Shown here in pieces: positions 12,097 through 19,925 of a stretch of DNA of 32,000 bases. This DNA is from Candidatus Sifarchaeum marinoarchaea (GTDB lineage: Archaea > Asgardarchaeota > Sifarchaeia > Borrarchaeales > Borrarchaeaceae): positions 1 through 32,000 of the forward strand of contig JAECRW010000003.1 in assembly GCA_016294985.1 (NCBI GenBank), read 5' to 3'. Under the pieces are notes generated by a model. It did not search any database. It was given only the letters and a program-made list of their open reading frames with translations, and was not told where the DNA came from. How positions within the stretch are numbered: position 1 is the stretch's first letter; each line of letters opens with the position of its first letter. The position numbers and the translations under genes were made by a program.

Positions 12097-13268
12097 GTAC
12101 AAATAGAGAGCGGTTTAAACAAGTAATCCATCATAAGAAACCAGATGTTCTTCCGTGGATCGAGATAATCTTCGAGGAGACCCTTATGAGGTGGTTTAGG
12201 GAAGGGCTTCCTGCGGATGAAGTTACAGTCATAGGGTACGAGATTGGTCGCGGCGGGACTTTTTTTACAAACTGGCCAATCTTTAAAGGTTTTGGTAAAA
12301 TTTACGACCGTTTCGGCTGCCAGTCTTTCTTCGGTTGTATGCTACTCATAGATGTTGGACCAGTTCCAAGATTTAAACAAAGAAAAATTGGTGAAACTGA
12401 GAAGCATGCTGACTATCTAACCGAAACTGGTGCTATTGTAAGACGACCGAAGAGGGCTGATTTTGAGTTTTATGCTATGCCACAGTTCATTGAATTCCCT
12501 GTAAAAGATAAAAAAACTTGGGAAGAATATAAGAAGCGTTTAAACCCAGAAGACCCTCGAAGGTATCCTAAAGACTGGGAAACAGAAGGCTATATTGATC
12601 TCTTTGAATCTTATCATAAGGGGCCTACCTTGCTCAGGTTTAACGGGTTTTACGGTTTTGGCGCAGAGTTAATGAGTATTCCTAGATTTGTTACAGCCTT
12701 TTACAAAGATCCAGAATTAATACATGAAATGCTTGAGCACTGGGAATATTTTACAATCGAAACAATCAGGGAAGCTGTCGAGACCCTGAAAGATAGAATT
12801 GATGTAATTTATTGGTGGGAGGATTTAGCAGAGAGACACGGTCCTTGCATCTCACCAAAGCTTTTTAGAGAATTCTTCCTGCCGCACTATAAGCGTGTTA
12901 CAGGATTTCTAAAAAAGAACGGAATCGATCGGATAATGTTCGATAGTGACGGAAATCTCAATCCACTACTCGATGAAATCATTGAGGCGGGAAGTACTGG
13001 CCTCTGGCCGCTAGAAGTTAATGCAGGCATGGATGCGCTCGAAATTAAGCAAAAATATGGCGATAAATTATTTCTAATTGGAAATCTCGACAAAAGGGAA
13101 CTTGCCAAAGGCGGAGAGGCTATGAGAAAAGAAGTTGATTCCAAAGTCCCGATATTAAAAGAAATGGGTGGATATATACCTAGTGCGGATCACGTAATTC
13201 ATGTGGAATTTTCTCTTGAGCACTTCAGAGAATACAGCGAATATATGAAGAAATCTTGTATAATATAG
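12093..13268 (+). CDS. URO-D-family protein lacking the MtaA zinc motif (candidate corrinoid-dependent methyltransferase)
   Basis: The tracked ORF starts at GTG 12081. ATG 12093 forms an ATGA overlap with the corrinoid gene stop and follows GGATGGGAGA, so I prefer it. C-terminal blocks (FDSDGNLNPLLDEIIEAG, LIGNLDKRELAKG, GYIPSADHVI) resemble clostridial/archaeal URO-D family proteins found next to corrinoid proteins. Confidence 0.7.
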   Translation: MSTNRERFKQVIHHKKPDVLPWIEIIFEETLMRWFREGLPADEVTVIGYEIGRGGTFFTNWPIFKGFGKIYDRFGCQSFFGCMLLIDVGPVPRFKQRKIGETEKHADYLTETGAIVRRPKRADFEFYAMPQFIEFPVKDKKTWEEYKKRLNPEDPRRYPKDWETEGYIDLFESYHKGPTLLRFNGFYGFGAELMSIPRFVTAFYKDPELIHEMLEHWEYFTIETIREAVETLKDRIDVIYWWEDLAERHGPCISPKLFREFFLPHYKRVTGFLKKNGIDRIMFDSDGNLNPLLDEIIEAGSTGLWPLEVNAGMDALEIKQKYGDKLFLIGNLDKRELAKGGEAMRKEVDSKVPILKEMGGYIPSADHVIHVEFSLEHFREYSEYMKKSCII

Positions 13269-13303
13269 TCTTCTATTTATAAATAAAACGCGCCCGCAAA
13301 ATA

Positions 13304-13322
13304 CTTTGAATACTGTTCAAAG
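13304..13322 (+). terminator. Hairpin downstream of the URO-D-family gene
   Basis: CTTTGAA-TACTG-TTCAAAG forms a 7-bp perfect stem with a 5-nt loop, 36 nt after the TAG stop. No strong T-run follows. Confidence 0.25.
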
Positions 13323-13424
13323 CAAAAGAATTCACACTTCAAACTATTTATGCAGGTACTATTATACACTGTTGTACTATTATTTTGCTAAATAACCATT
13401 CAGCTTAAGGGAGAGGATGAGACT

Positions 13425-13901
13425 ATGGCTGAGAAAGTGACACTACCTTGTGAATTTAAATACGATTATGCTATGAGAGGATATGTTAACACGCTCAGAG
13501 CATGGTTATATGTGACCCGAGAGGAATATGGTGCAGCTACAGCGCTCAAACTTTATGAAAAGGTCTGCAAAATTGATGATAGAGCAAAGGGGCTTACAAA
13601 TACAATTCTAAAAATCTTCAAACTGGAGGGAAACGATGTTGAGACAATAGGGCAGTGGTTTGACATCTGGTTCGAACTGTGTGGGATGGAATATACTTGG
13701 CTTGAGCTGTCAAAAACAAGAGCTACAGCCAAAATAACTAAGTGTGTGTGGAAAACAGGGTACAAAGATCTCAGCGGTTGGTGTTCAATCTGGCTCAATA
13801 TTATTGGTGAGACCATAAATCCAAAGGCAACTTTTGAACAACCTAAAAGAATGTGTGCCGGGGATCCCTATTGTGAGTTGGTATTCAAAATAGAAGAGTG
13901 A
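13425..13901 (+). CDS. Hypothetical protein with C-terminal CAGDPYCELVF motif
   Basis: 158-aa ORF with a strong SD (GGGAGAGGA) and normal-looking composition. The C-terminal G-D-x2-C-x-[LVF]-x-F resembles what I recall of the 'ATC hydrolase'-type small proteins often adjacent to corrinoid methyltransferases. That family call is low confidence. Confidence 0.55.
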   Translation: MAEKVTLPCEFKYDYAMRGYVNTLRAWLYVTREEYGAATALKLYEKVCKIDDRAKGLTNTILKIFKLEGNDVETIGQWFDIWFELCGMEYTWLELSKTRATAKITKCVWKTGYKDLSGWCSIWLNIIGETINPKATFEQPKRMCAGDPYCELVFKIEE

Positions 13902-13974
13902 AGGGTAATTATTTTTACATTTAGCAGAAAACAATCTTCTCTAAGAAGGCAGGTCTTCAGCATGTAGCAGTATT

Positions 13975-14943
13975 TTAAAATGTATTTACTGCGTTTTGAG
14001 GGCGTTCATTTTTAATTACTCGAACCGCTTCCTTTGCAATCCCCATAGACACGTTGTAGATTGCCTGATCGGTTAAGAATGCAATGTGAGGAGTTACAAC
14101 TACGTTTTTCATACGAAGTAAAGGGTTTTCTGGATCAACAGGCTCGTCAACAAACACATCCATTGCAGCGCCTGCTATCTTTTTCTCCTGTAAAACTCTG
14201 ATGAGTGCTTTTTCATCTATTACTGCACCTCTTGCTGCATTAACCAAATATGCTGTTTCTTTCATCATTTCGAGTTCTTTTGCACCAATATAATGCTTTG
14301 TTGCAGGAATTAATGGAACATGAAGTGTTATAAAGTCGCTTTCTCTAAGAAGCGTCTCTTTGTTCACATATTGGACTGCTAATTCTTTTTCTAGGTTCTC
14401 AAATCTTATGACATCATGGTATAATACTTTCATCCCAAAGCCGTTTGCTATTTCAGCTACAATTCTTCCAATATTTCCAAGTCCGAAGATTCCAAGTTTT
14501 TTTTCAAATAGCTCTAACCCTATAAAGTTCAGGGGTCTCCAATTTCCTTTTTTAGTGTCAAAATCTGCTTTTGAGATCTTTTTTGTTACGGCTAGCAAAA
14601 GGGCTATTGTTAATTCAGCAACTGACCGTGCATTTGCACCAGGTTGATTTATAACGAAGATTTTTCGTTCAGTAGCAGCCGCAACATCTATGTGATTAAC
14701 ACCGACACCATGAACTAAAATGCCTCTTAAATTTGGTGTCATATCCATGACCTTTGCTGTTATTGACACGGCGTCAGCAATCATGATCTTTATAGAATCT
14801 TTGTCAATGATCTCCTGCAATGCCGCCACAAGTTCTTCCTCGTTACGGGCAGTTCCTTGTTGAACACCAGTAATAGATTTCATAAGTGAAATGGCTTCTT
14901 CATCAAGTGCACATTCATCTACGATTAGTATTTCATTTTTCAT
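13975..14943 (-). CDS. D-isomer-specific 2-hydroxyacid dehydrogenase family (phosphoglycerate/glyoxylate reductase-like)
   Basis: 322 aa. NAD-binding site GIFGLGNIGRIVAEIANGFGMKVLYHD is present. Catalytic-region blocks NAARGAVIDEKAL and VVTPHIAF are present. Confidence 0.85.
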   Translation of the reverse strand: MKNEILIVDECALDEEAISLMKSITGVQQGTARNEEELVAALQEIIDKDSIKIMIADAVSITAKVMDMTPNLRGILVHGVGVNHIDVAAATERKIFVINQPGANARSVAELTIALLLAVTKKISKADFDTKKGNWRPLNFIGLELFEKKLGIFGLGNIGRIVAEIANGFGMKVLYHDVIRFENLEKELAVQYVNKETLLRESDFITLHVPLIPATKHYIGAKELEMMKETAYLVNAARGAVIDEKALIRVLQEKKIAGAAMDVFVDEPVDPENPLLRMKNVVVTPHIAFLTDQAIYNVSMGIAKEAVRVIKNERPQNAVNTF

Positions 14944-15287
14944 TTAATGCACCATTTTCGTCTTATGAGAGCATAGTTGCAAAAAAAGTATGCTGCTGCT
15001 CAAAAGCAGCAAAGATCAGCAAAAAATGTTCAATCATCTAGTTGATGAGACTATCAGAACCGTCACATTCTCGTCATCTAATAATAGTTTTAGTGGTACT
15101 TCCTTTATAAAAAACACGGAATAGTAGTTAAAGAAAAATCACAGGTGGTAGGAACAGTCCTGTTAACTTAAAAAAGGAAAAGAAATTTTTCATACTTGAT
15201 AATTTAAAAAGAGAAGTTATATACGAGACATAACAATTTGAAACAGATTTATTGGTTTTGACATCTAAAGATAATGGAGGAAGTCTA

Positions 15288-16583
15288 TTGACAGAGTTAT
15301 CTGACGTTAAACAAAAAGTGCTTACAAAGATTGATGAGGAAAAAGAAAGTATAATCAATCTGTTAAGAGGTATGGTACAGATCCCTAGCGTTGTTGGAGA
15401 TGAGAAAGCAGTCCAAGAATTCATGGCGAAAAAATTTGGTGAGATGGGGCTCACGGTTGACATGTGGGTTCCGGATTACGATGAACTGAAGACGCATCCT
15501 GGATTCGCATCTCCGAACACATCGTTTGAAAATCGCCCGAATGTGGTGGGAGTGCTAAAGGGCGCGGGAGGAGGCAGATCGCTCATATTAAATGGACACA
15601 TGGACGTTGTCAGCCCTTACGATGAAAGCCTCTGGGAACACGGTCCGTGGTCTGCAGATATAGTAGGCAATAGAATGTATGGGCGTGGAAGTTCTGACAT
15701 GAAGGGCGGTATAGCAGCTATGACGATGGCTGTGGCATTGATTAAAAAGGCAGGAATACAATTGAAAGGTGACGTCATCATAGAAAGCGTCATTGAGGAA
15801 GAAGCAGGAGGAGTAGGAACTCTAGCTTGTGTTGTGAGAGGCTATAAGGCTGATGCTGCACTTATAACGGAGCCTACAGTAGTGGAAGAAGGCGGTGTGC
15901 CTATGGTATGTCCCGCTCAGGGAGGTTCGATGTGGTTTAAAGTGCATGTACAAGGAAAGTCCGCCCATGCAGGATTACGTTATGAAGGTGTCAGTGCAAT
16001 TGAAAAAGCGCTTAAAATATGCAATGCACTTTGGGATCTTGAAAAATTCCGAAATGAGAAACTTAAACATCCACTCTATCAGAGATATAAGATACCGGTA
16101 CCACTCAACATTGGCATATTAAATTCTGGTGTGTGGCCATCTTCAGTTCCTGAGGAAGCAACAATCCAATGTCGTATCGGAGTAGCGCCTGGAGAGAATA
16201 TTGAATCTGTAAGAACGCAAGTTAAAACATATATACAAAAATTTGCAGAACTTGACTCGTGGCTAGTTGATCACCCACCAAAGGTGGAATTTTTCGGTGG
16301 GACATGGATCCCTACGGAATTGCCTCTTGACCATCCATTTGTCAAAATAGTCACCGATTCATACAAAAAGATCTTTAATCAAGAACCTGAACTTGCAGGT
16401 ACGCCTTGGGGTGCAGATGGCGGTCTTTTAGTTCACCATGGAGATACTCCAGTAGTAATATTTGGTCCTGGGGACATGCGAGTAATTCACTTCCCAAACG
16501 AATTCATAGAAATTGACAAACTAATTGCAGCGACAAAAGTGATCGCATTTGCTATATTGGACTGGTGTGGCTACGAAGCCTGA
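15288..16583 (+). CDS. M20-family metallohydrolase (ArgE/DapE/acetylornithine deacetylase-like)
   Basis: Contains LNGHMDVV, GRGSSDMKGG and IEEEAGG metal-ligand blocks. The tracked start is TTG 15252. In-frame TTG 15288 sits 6 nt after GGAGGA (15276-15281) and is preferred. Confidence 0.85.
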   Translation: MTELSDVKQKVLTKIDEEKESIINLLRGMVQIPSVVGDEKAVQEFMAKKFGEMGLTVDMWVPDYDELKTHPGFASPNTSFENRPNVVGVLKGAGGGRSLILNGHMDVVSPYDESLWEHGPWSADIVGNRMYGRGSSDMKGGIAAMTMAVALIKKAGIQLKGDVIIESVIEEEAGGVGTLACVVRGYKADAALITEPTVVEEGGVPMVCPAQGGSMWFKVHVQGKSAHAGLRYEGVSAIEKALKICNALWDLEKFRNEKLKHPLYQRYKIPVPLNIGILNSGVWPSSVPEEATIQCRIGVAPGENIESVRTQVKTYIQKFAELDSWLVDHPPKVEFFGGTWIPTELPLDHPFVKIVTDSYKKIFNQEPELAGTPWGADGGLLVHHGDTPVVIFGPGDMRVIHFPNEFIEIDKLIAATKVIAFAILDWCGYEA

Positions 16584-16601
16584 CCAAGAAAATCATAAAA
16601 A

Positions 16602-17603
16602 CTAAGAGAGCGGTAATTTTACCATTTCTCCGCTTTCCTGCGATTTGTATGCTGCTAGTACTATTTCCATTGCTTTTTTTCCATCTTCACCGCTTACTGC
16701 AGGCTGCGAATTTTGTTTTATACAATCAACAAAATGCTCGATTTCCCGAACCCAGCCACTTTTCGGTTGTTTAAAAGTACTTTGTACAGATCTTGATCCA
16801 TATCTGATGTCCATAGTGTTACCAAATATATCACAAATAACACGACCACGTGTGCCGATAAATTCGATCCAATGTTCTTCGTATGGGAAGTAACCCAATG
16901 AAATGTCGCCTATGATACCATTTTCAAATCTTAGATGAACGTTCGCTCGATCATAGACCTGGATATCTGGCTTAGCACCGTATATATCTGTGTGGGCGTA
17001 CACACCGACAACATCACCACACAACCATCTTACTAGATCGGTAACATGCGGTCCATAATTATGGAGCACATCTCCACCAAGATGCCGTTTTTTATAATAG
17101 TCCGATTGAGTTTTCCATCCCCCAAAGACTGCACTTTTGCCAAGCCAAAGGCATTTCATCATTGTAATTCTTCCAAAATCCTCATTTTCAATGAGCTCTT
17201 TCAGTTTCAGAAAGTTTTCTTGAAAACGAAGGTGATGTCCAATCATTAGAAGCACATTATTCTCTTTGGCGGCTTTAATCATCCGATCGGCATCTTCTAA
17301 AGTAAGTGCAATAGGTTTTTCACAAAGAATATGTTTTTTTCGTTCGGCTGCTCGAACCGCTATTTCTGCATGAAGAGAAGGGGGTGCACAGATACTAACA
17401 GCGTTTATGTCTTCACGATCCAGTAATAAATTGTAATCTGTGAATGGCTGTGCCCTGTATTGCTTTGCTATCAATTTCACCTTGTCTTCATCAATATCCG
17501 ACACTCCAATTAACTTTGTATCTGGAAGAGATCTATAAGTCGGCAAGTGTGCCCTATTTGCTATAGCACCTGTTCCTATAACGCCAATTCCTATTTTTTT
17601 CAT
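16602..17603 (-). CDS. Gfo/Idh/MocA-family NAD(P)-dependent oxidoreductase
   Basis: 333 aa with an N-terminal Rossmann motif IGVIGTGAIANRAHLP, the conserved CEKP motif, and a C-terminal alpha/beta domain. Confidence 0.85.
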   Translation of the reverse strand: MKKIGIGVIGTGAIANRAHLPTYRSLPDTKLIGVSDIDEDKVKLIAKQYRAQPFTDYNLLLDREDINAVSICAPPSLHAEIAVRAAERKKHILCEKPIALTLEDADRMIKAAKENNVLLMIGHHLRFQENFLKLKELIENEDFGRITMMKCLWLGKSAVFGGWKTQSDYYKKRHLGGDVLHNYGPHVTDLVRWLCGDVVGVYAHTDIYGAKPDIQVYDRANVHLRFENGIIGDISLGYFPYEEHWIEFIGTRGRVICDIFGNTMDIRYGSRSVQSTFKQPKSGWVREIEHFVDCIKQNSQPAVSGEDGKKAMEIVLAAYKSQESGEMVKLPLS

Positions 17604-17718
17604 ATAGAATCGCCACGATATCTGAGGTTTTACAACAATGGATGATAGGTGGCATATCTTAAAACATATATATGCACTCCGTTGTCATATCAAGTCAAAA
17701 ATGTAGGGACGGAGAAAG

Positions 17719-18711
17719 ATGAAACAATCATTAGTTTCAACATTTAGTTTGAAAGATAGAAGCCGAGCACAAATAATGAAACATTGCTTCAAATATCTTA
17801 ATAAATTCGAGGAAGGGAGTGCTGTTCAGGTAACAATAAAACCTAATTTATGCCGCGCCATGAAATCGACGACAGGTGCAACAACTGACTCTAAACTTGT
17901 TGAAGACGTCATTAAATATCTCCTTGATGAGAAAGAGATCTCTTCTATCAAAATCGTTGAATCTGATTCGGTTCAAAGAACCGCCGAAGAAGTTTTTGAT
18001 CGCTGCGGTTATAAAGAGTTGGAAGAGAAATACAACGTCAAATGTGTTAATCTCAGCAAAGATGATACTTTTCCTATAGAAGATATAAGCATTCCAAGAA
18101 GACTGAGAATTCCAAAAACTCTCGTCTTGAGTGATTATTTCATTTCAATCGCTAAACTGAAGACACACGCCGAAGAGAAGATCTCATGTGTCTTAAAAAA
18201 TCAGTTTGGTTGTATCCCTTCAAAAATAAAATCGGTTTACCATCCCTACATGTCAGAAACCCTAACAGAAGTGAATAAGATCATTAAGCCTGATGTATGC
18301 TTGGTCGATGGAATTATAGGAATGGAAGGGCTCGGCCCAACCAAAGGAACACCGAAGAAATCAAATCTCATTATTTGTGGAAACGACCCAGTTGCGACAG
18401 ACGCCATAGCTGCGAAAACAATGGGCTTTGATCCTCATTCAGTTCCTCACCTCCAATTTGCCGCTAAGCAACGGATTGGCAATATTGACAATATTAAACT
18501 CCTTGGAGATGATATAACTCCAATACCCTTTTCCTTCATACCTAATGACGTATATAATTTATATCGACTAGAAATTGGATTAGAGCGGACTGGACAGAAA
18601 ATCCATGACAAGTTCACAAGATTATCACAGATTTCGAGAAGAGTCGGCGATTTGTGCCGAGAAGGCGGTTGGTCATACGTTTTTACCCGATTCTGGAACA
18701 AAATAAGGTGA
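17719..18711 (+). CDS. DUF362-domain protein
   Basis: 330 aa. Blocks IKPNL, KLKTH, VDGIIGMEGLGPTKGTP and ICGNDPVATDA match my recollection of DUF362. An SD is present upstream. Confidence 0.6.
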   Translation: MKQSLVSTFSLKDRSRAQIMKHCFKYLNKFEEGSAVQVTIKPNLCRAMKSTTGATTDSKLVEDVIKYLLDEKEISSIKIVESDSVQRTAEEVFDRCGYKELEEKYNVKCVNLSKDDTFPIEDISIPRRLRIPKTLVLSDYFISIAKLKTHAEEKISCVLKNQFGCIPSKIKSVYHPYMSETLTEVNKIIKPDVCLVDGIIGMEGLGPTKGTPKKSNLIICGNDPVATDAIAAKTMGFDPHSVPHLQFAAKQRIGNIDNIKLLGDDITPIPFSFIPNDVYNLYRLEIGLERTGQKIHDKFTRLSQISRRVGDLCREGGWSYVFTRFWNKIR

Positions 18712-18746
18712 GCCTTCTAAGAAAATCAGGGAAAAAAGAAAATTCA

Positions 18747-19457
18747 TCAAGACTTCTTAGCATGCCGCATTGCGTTTTTAACGGCAGCTTGAATCATATA
18801 ACCCGCCCTATGAAGAATAGTATCTCCAAGAACATTATCGATTGCCATACTGGCGGTACATGGATATGCATGGTGGTACTTGGAAATATCCTTTTCAACA
18901 TCAGAAATATGCTTCATTTTTAAATTCTCAATGACGTAATAACTTGATCCGCACGGAGCGCTTCGAAGAACTTTGCAGTCCTCTGTAAACAATTCATTTT
19001 CGATATCTACCTCTACAAGAGGCATGCCCATGCTAGAAAGTTCTATGAATTCATTGATTATGGGTGTGGTGTCATCTGGCTTCAAGCTACAAAAAGGCTT
19101 TGGGAAACTATATTCAACATTCATCTGCTCTAAATCTGGCTCTATTTGTTTCTGGAGGCCAAGCGGACACCAAGTTGGATCTTCAAGAGGGACTATAACC
19201 GCTTTTGCACCTGTTTTTTCTACAATTTGCGGTAAAGACGCAAGAATATCTTGATGAACACCTATGACGATTAAAAGGTCTGAATCGGGCATATTATCGG
19301 GGAGATATGGAGAGACGTCCTCTACAAATGAGGGTAGATCTTTTGATGATTCTTCTAAACCAATAATAGACGCCGCTAATAAAGGTGAATGAGTTGCTAG
19401 AGTCTCCACAAAACGATTTACGTATTCTCCATAGCTGTGAAGGACATAAATTCTCAA
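18747..19457 (-). CDS. Uncharacterised Cys-containing protein, DUF166-like
   Basis: 236 aa with a TTG start 7 nt after GGAGGG. Candidate conserved Cys contexts are WCPLG, PFCSL, APCGSS and YPCTASM. The family assignment is from memory only. Confidence 0.45.
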   Translation of the reverse strand: MRIYVLHSYGEYVNRFVETLATHSPLLAASIIGLEESSKDLPSFVEDVSPYLPDNMPDSDLLIVIGVHQDILASLPQIVEKTGAKAVIVPLEDPTWCPLGLQKQIEPDLEQMNVEYSFPKPFCSLKPDDTTPIINEFIELSSMGMPLVEVDIENELFTEDCKVLRSAPCGSSYYVIENLKMKHISDVEKDISKYHHAYPCTASMAIDNVLGDTILHRAGYMIQAAVKNAMRHAKKS

Positions 19458-19580
19458 GAATTTGCCCTCCTAAAAAATGATTCAATTTCAAATATGAGCG
19501 TTTGATTTGGATTAAGTTCAAAAATGCAAGAAAATAGAGTTTCAAGTTTCAGAATAAAACAAAAGATGTTATGGACTATT

Positions 19581-19748
19581 TTATTCTAACTCCTCAACTT
19601 CATTATATACCTCTTCACAAGTCAAACACTGGTAAAAAGTGCTCTTTTTTGTCTCGATCTCTTCAATCGTCTTATTACCACATTTTTTGCAAACAAAATC
19701 AGTTGGTCTTTTTGCCAAAATCCTTTGCATTCCAGCTTTTTTGCCCAT
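19581..19748 (-). CDS. Small zinc-ribbon protein
   Basis: The tracked ORF starts at TTG 19763. ATG 19748 sits 8 nt after GGAGG (19761-19757) and is preferred, giving 55 aa. It has CKKC-x19-CLTC and an acidic tail. TATA-like TTTATAT lies about 45 nt upstream. Confidence 0.5.
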   Translation of the reverse strand: MGKKAGMQRILAKRPTDFVCKKCGNKTIEEIETKKSTFYQCLTCEEVYNEVEELE

Positions 19749-19925
19749 GAATCTTGCCTCCAAATAACGCTTCTAAGGTTCTACCCTTGGATATAAACCA
19801 AATACGTTTTATTTTTGATTTACAATTAATCTACCGCGAAAATCAAGAATAAAAGGATTACGACATAGGCATAGCAAAAAACAAGTGCTAAACATAAAGA
19901 AAAACAGATGTGAAGGCAGCAAGTC

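Noticed and set aside
11376-12134. 252-aa ORF on the minus strand covering the whole second corrinoid gene
   Set aside because: It is fully antisense to a motif-supported B12-binding gene. Its product is S/T/P/I-rich low complexity with no SD. This is a typical shadow ORF.
13266-13286. Possible TAG read-through (pyrrolysine) at the end of the URO-D-family gene
   Set aside because: Read-through would add only 5 codons before a TAA, and no homologous extension is apparent.
14994-15011. Hairpin TGCTGCT-CAAA-AGCAGCA between the dehydrogenase and M20 genes
   Set aside because: It lies upstream of both divergent genes, so it cannot be a terminator for either. There is no supporting context for an RNA element. 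I recorded it but did not call it.
15128-15463. 111-aa minus-strand ORF spanning the divergent spacer and the 5' end of the M20 gene
   Set aside because: It overlaps the well-supported M20 gene in antisense, has hydrophobic low-complexity sequence, and has no SD.
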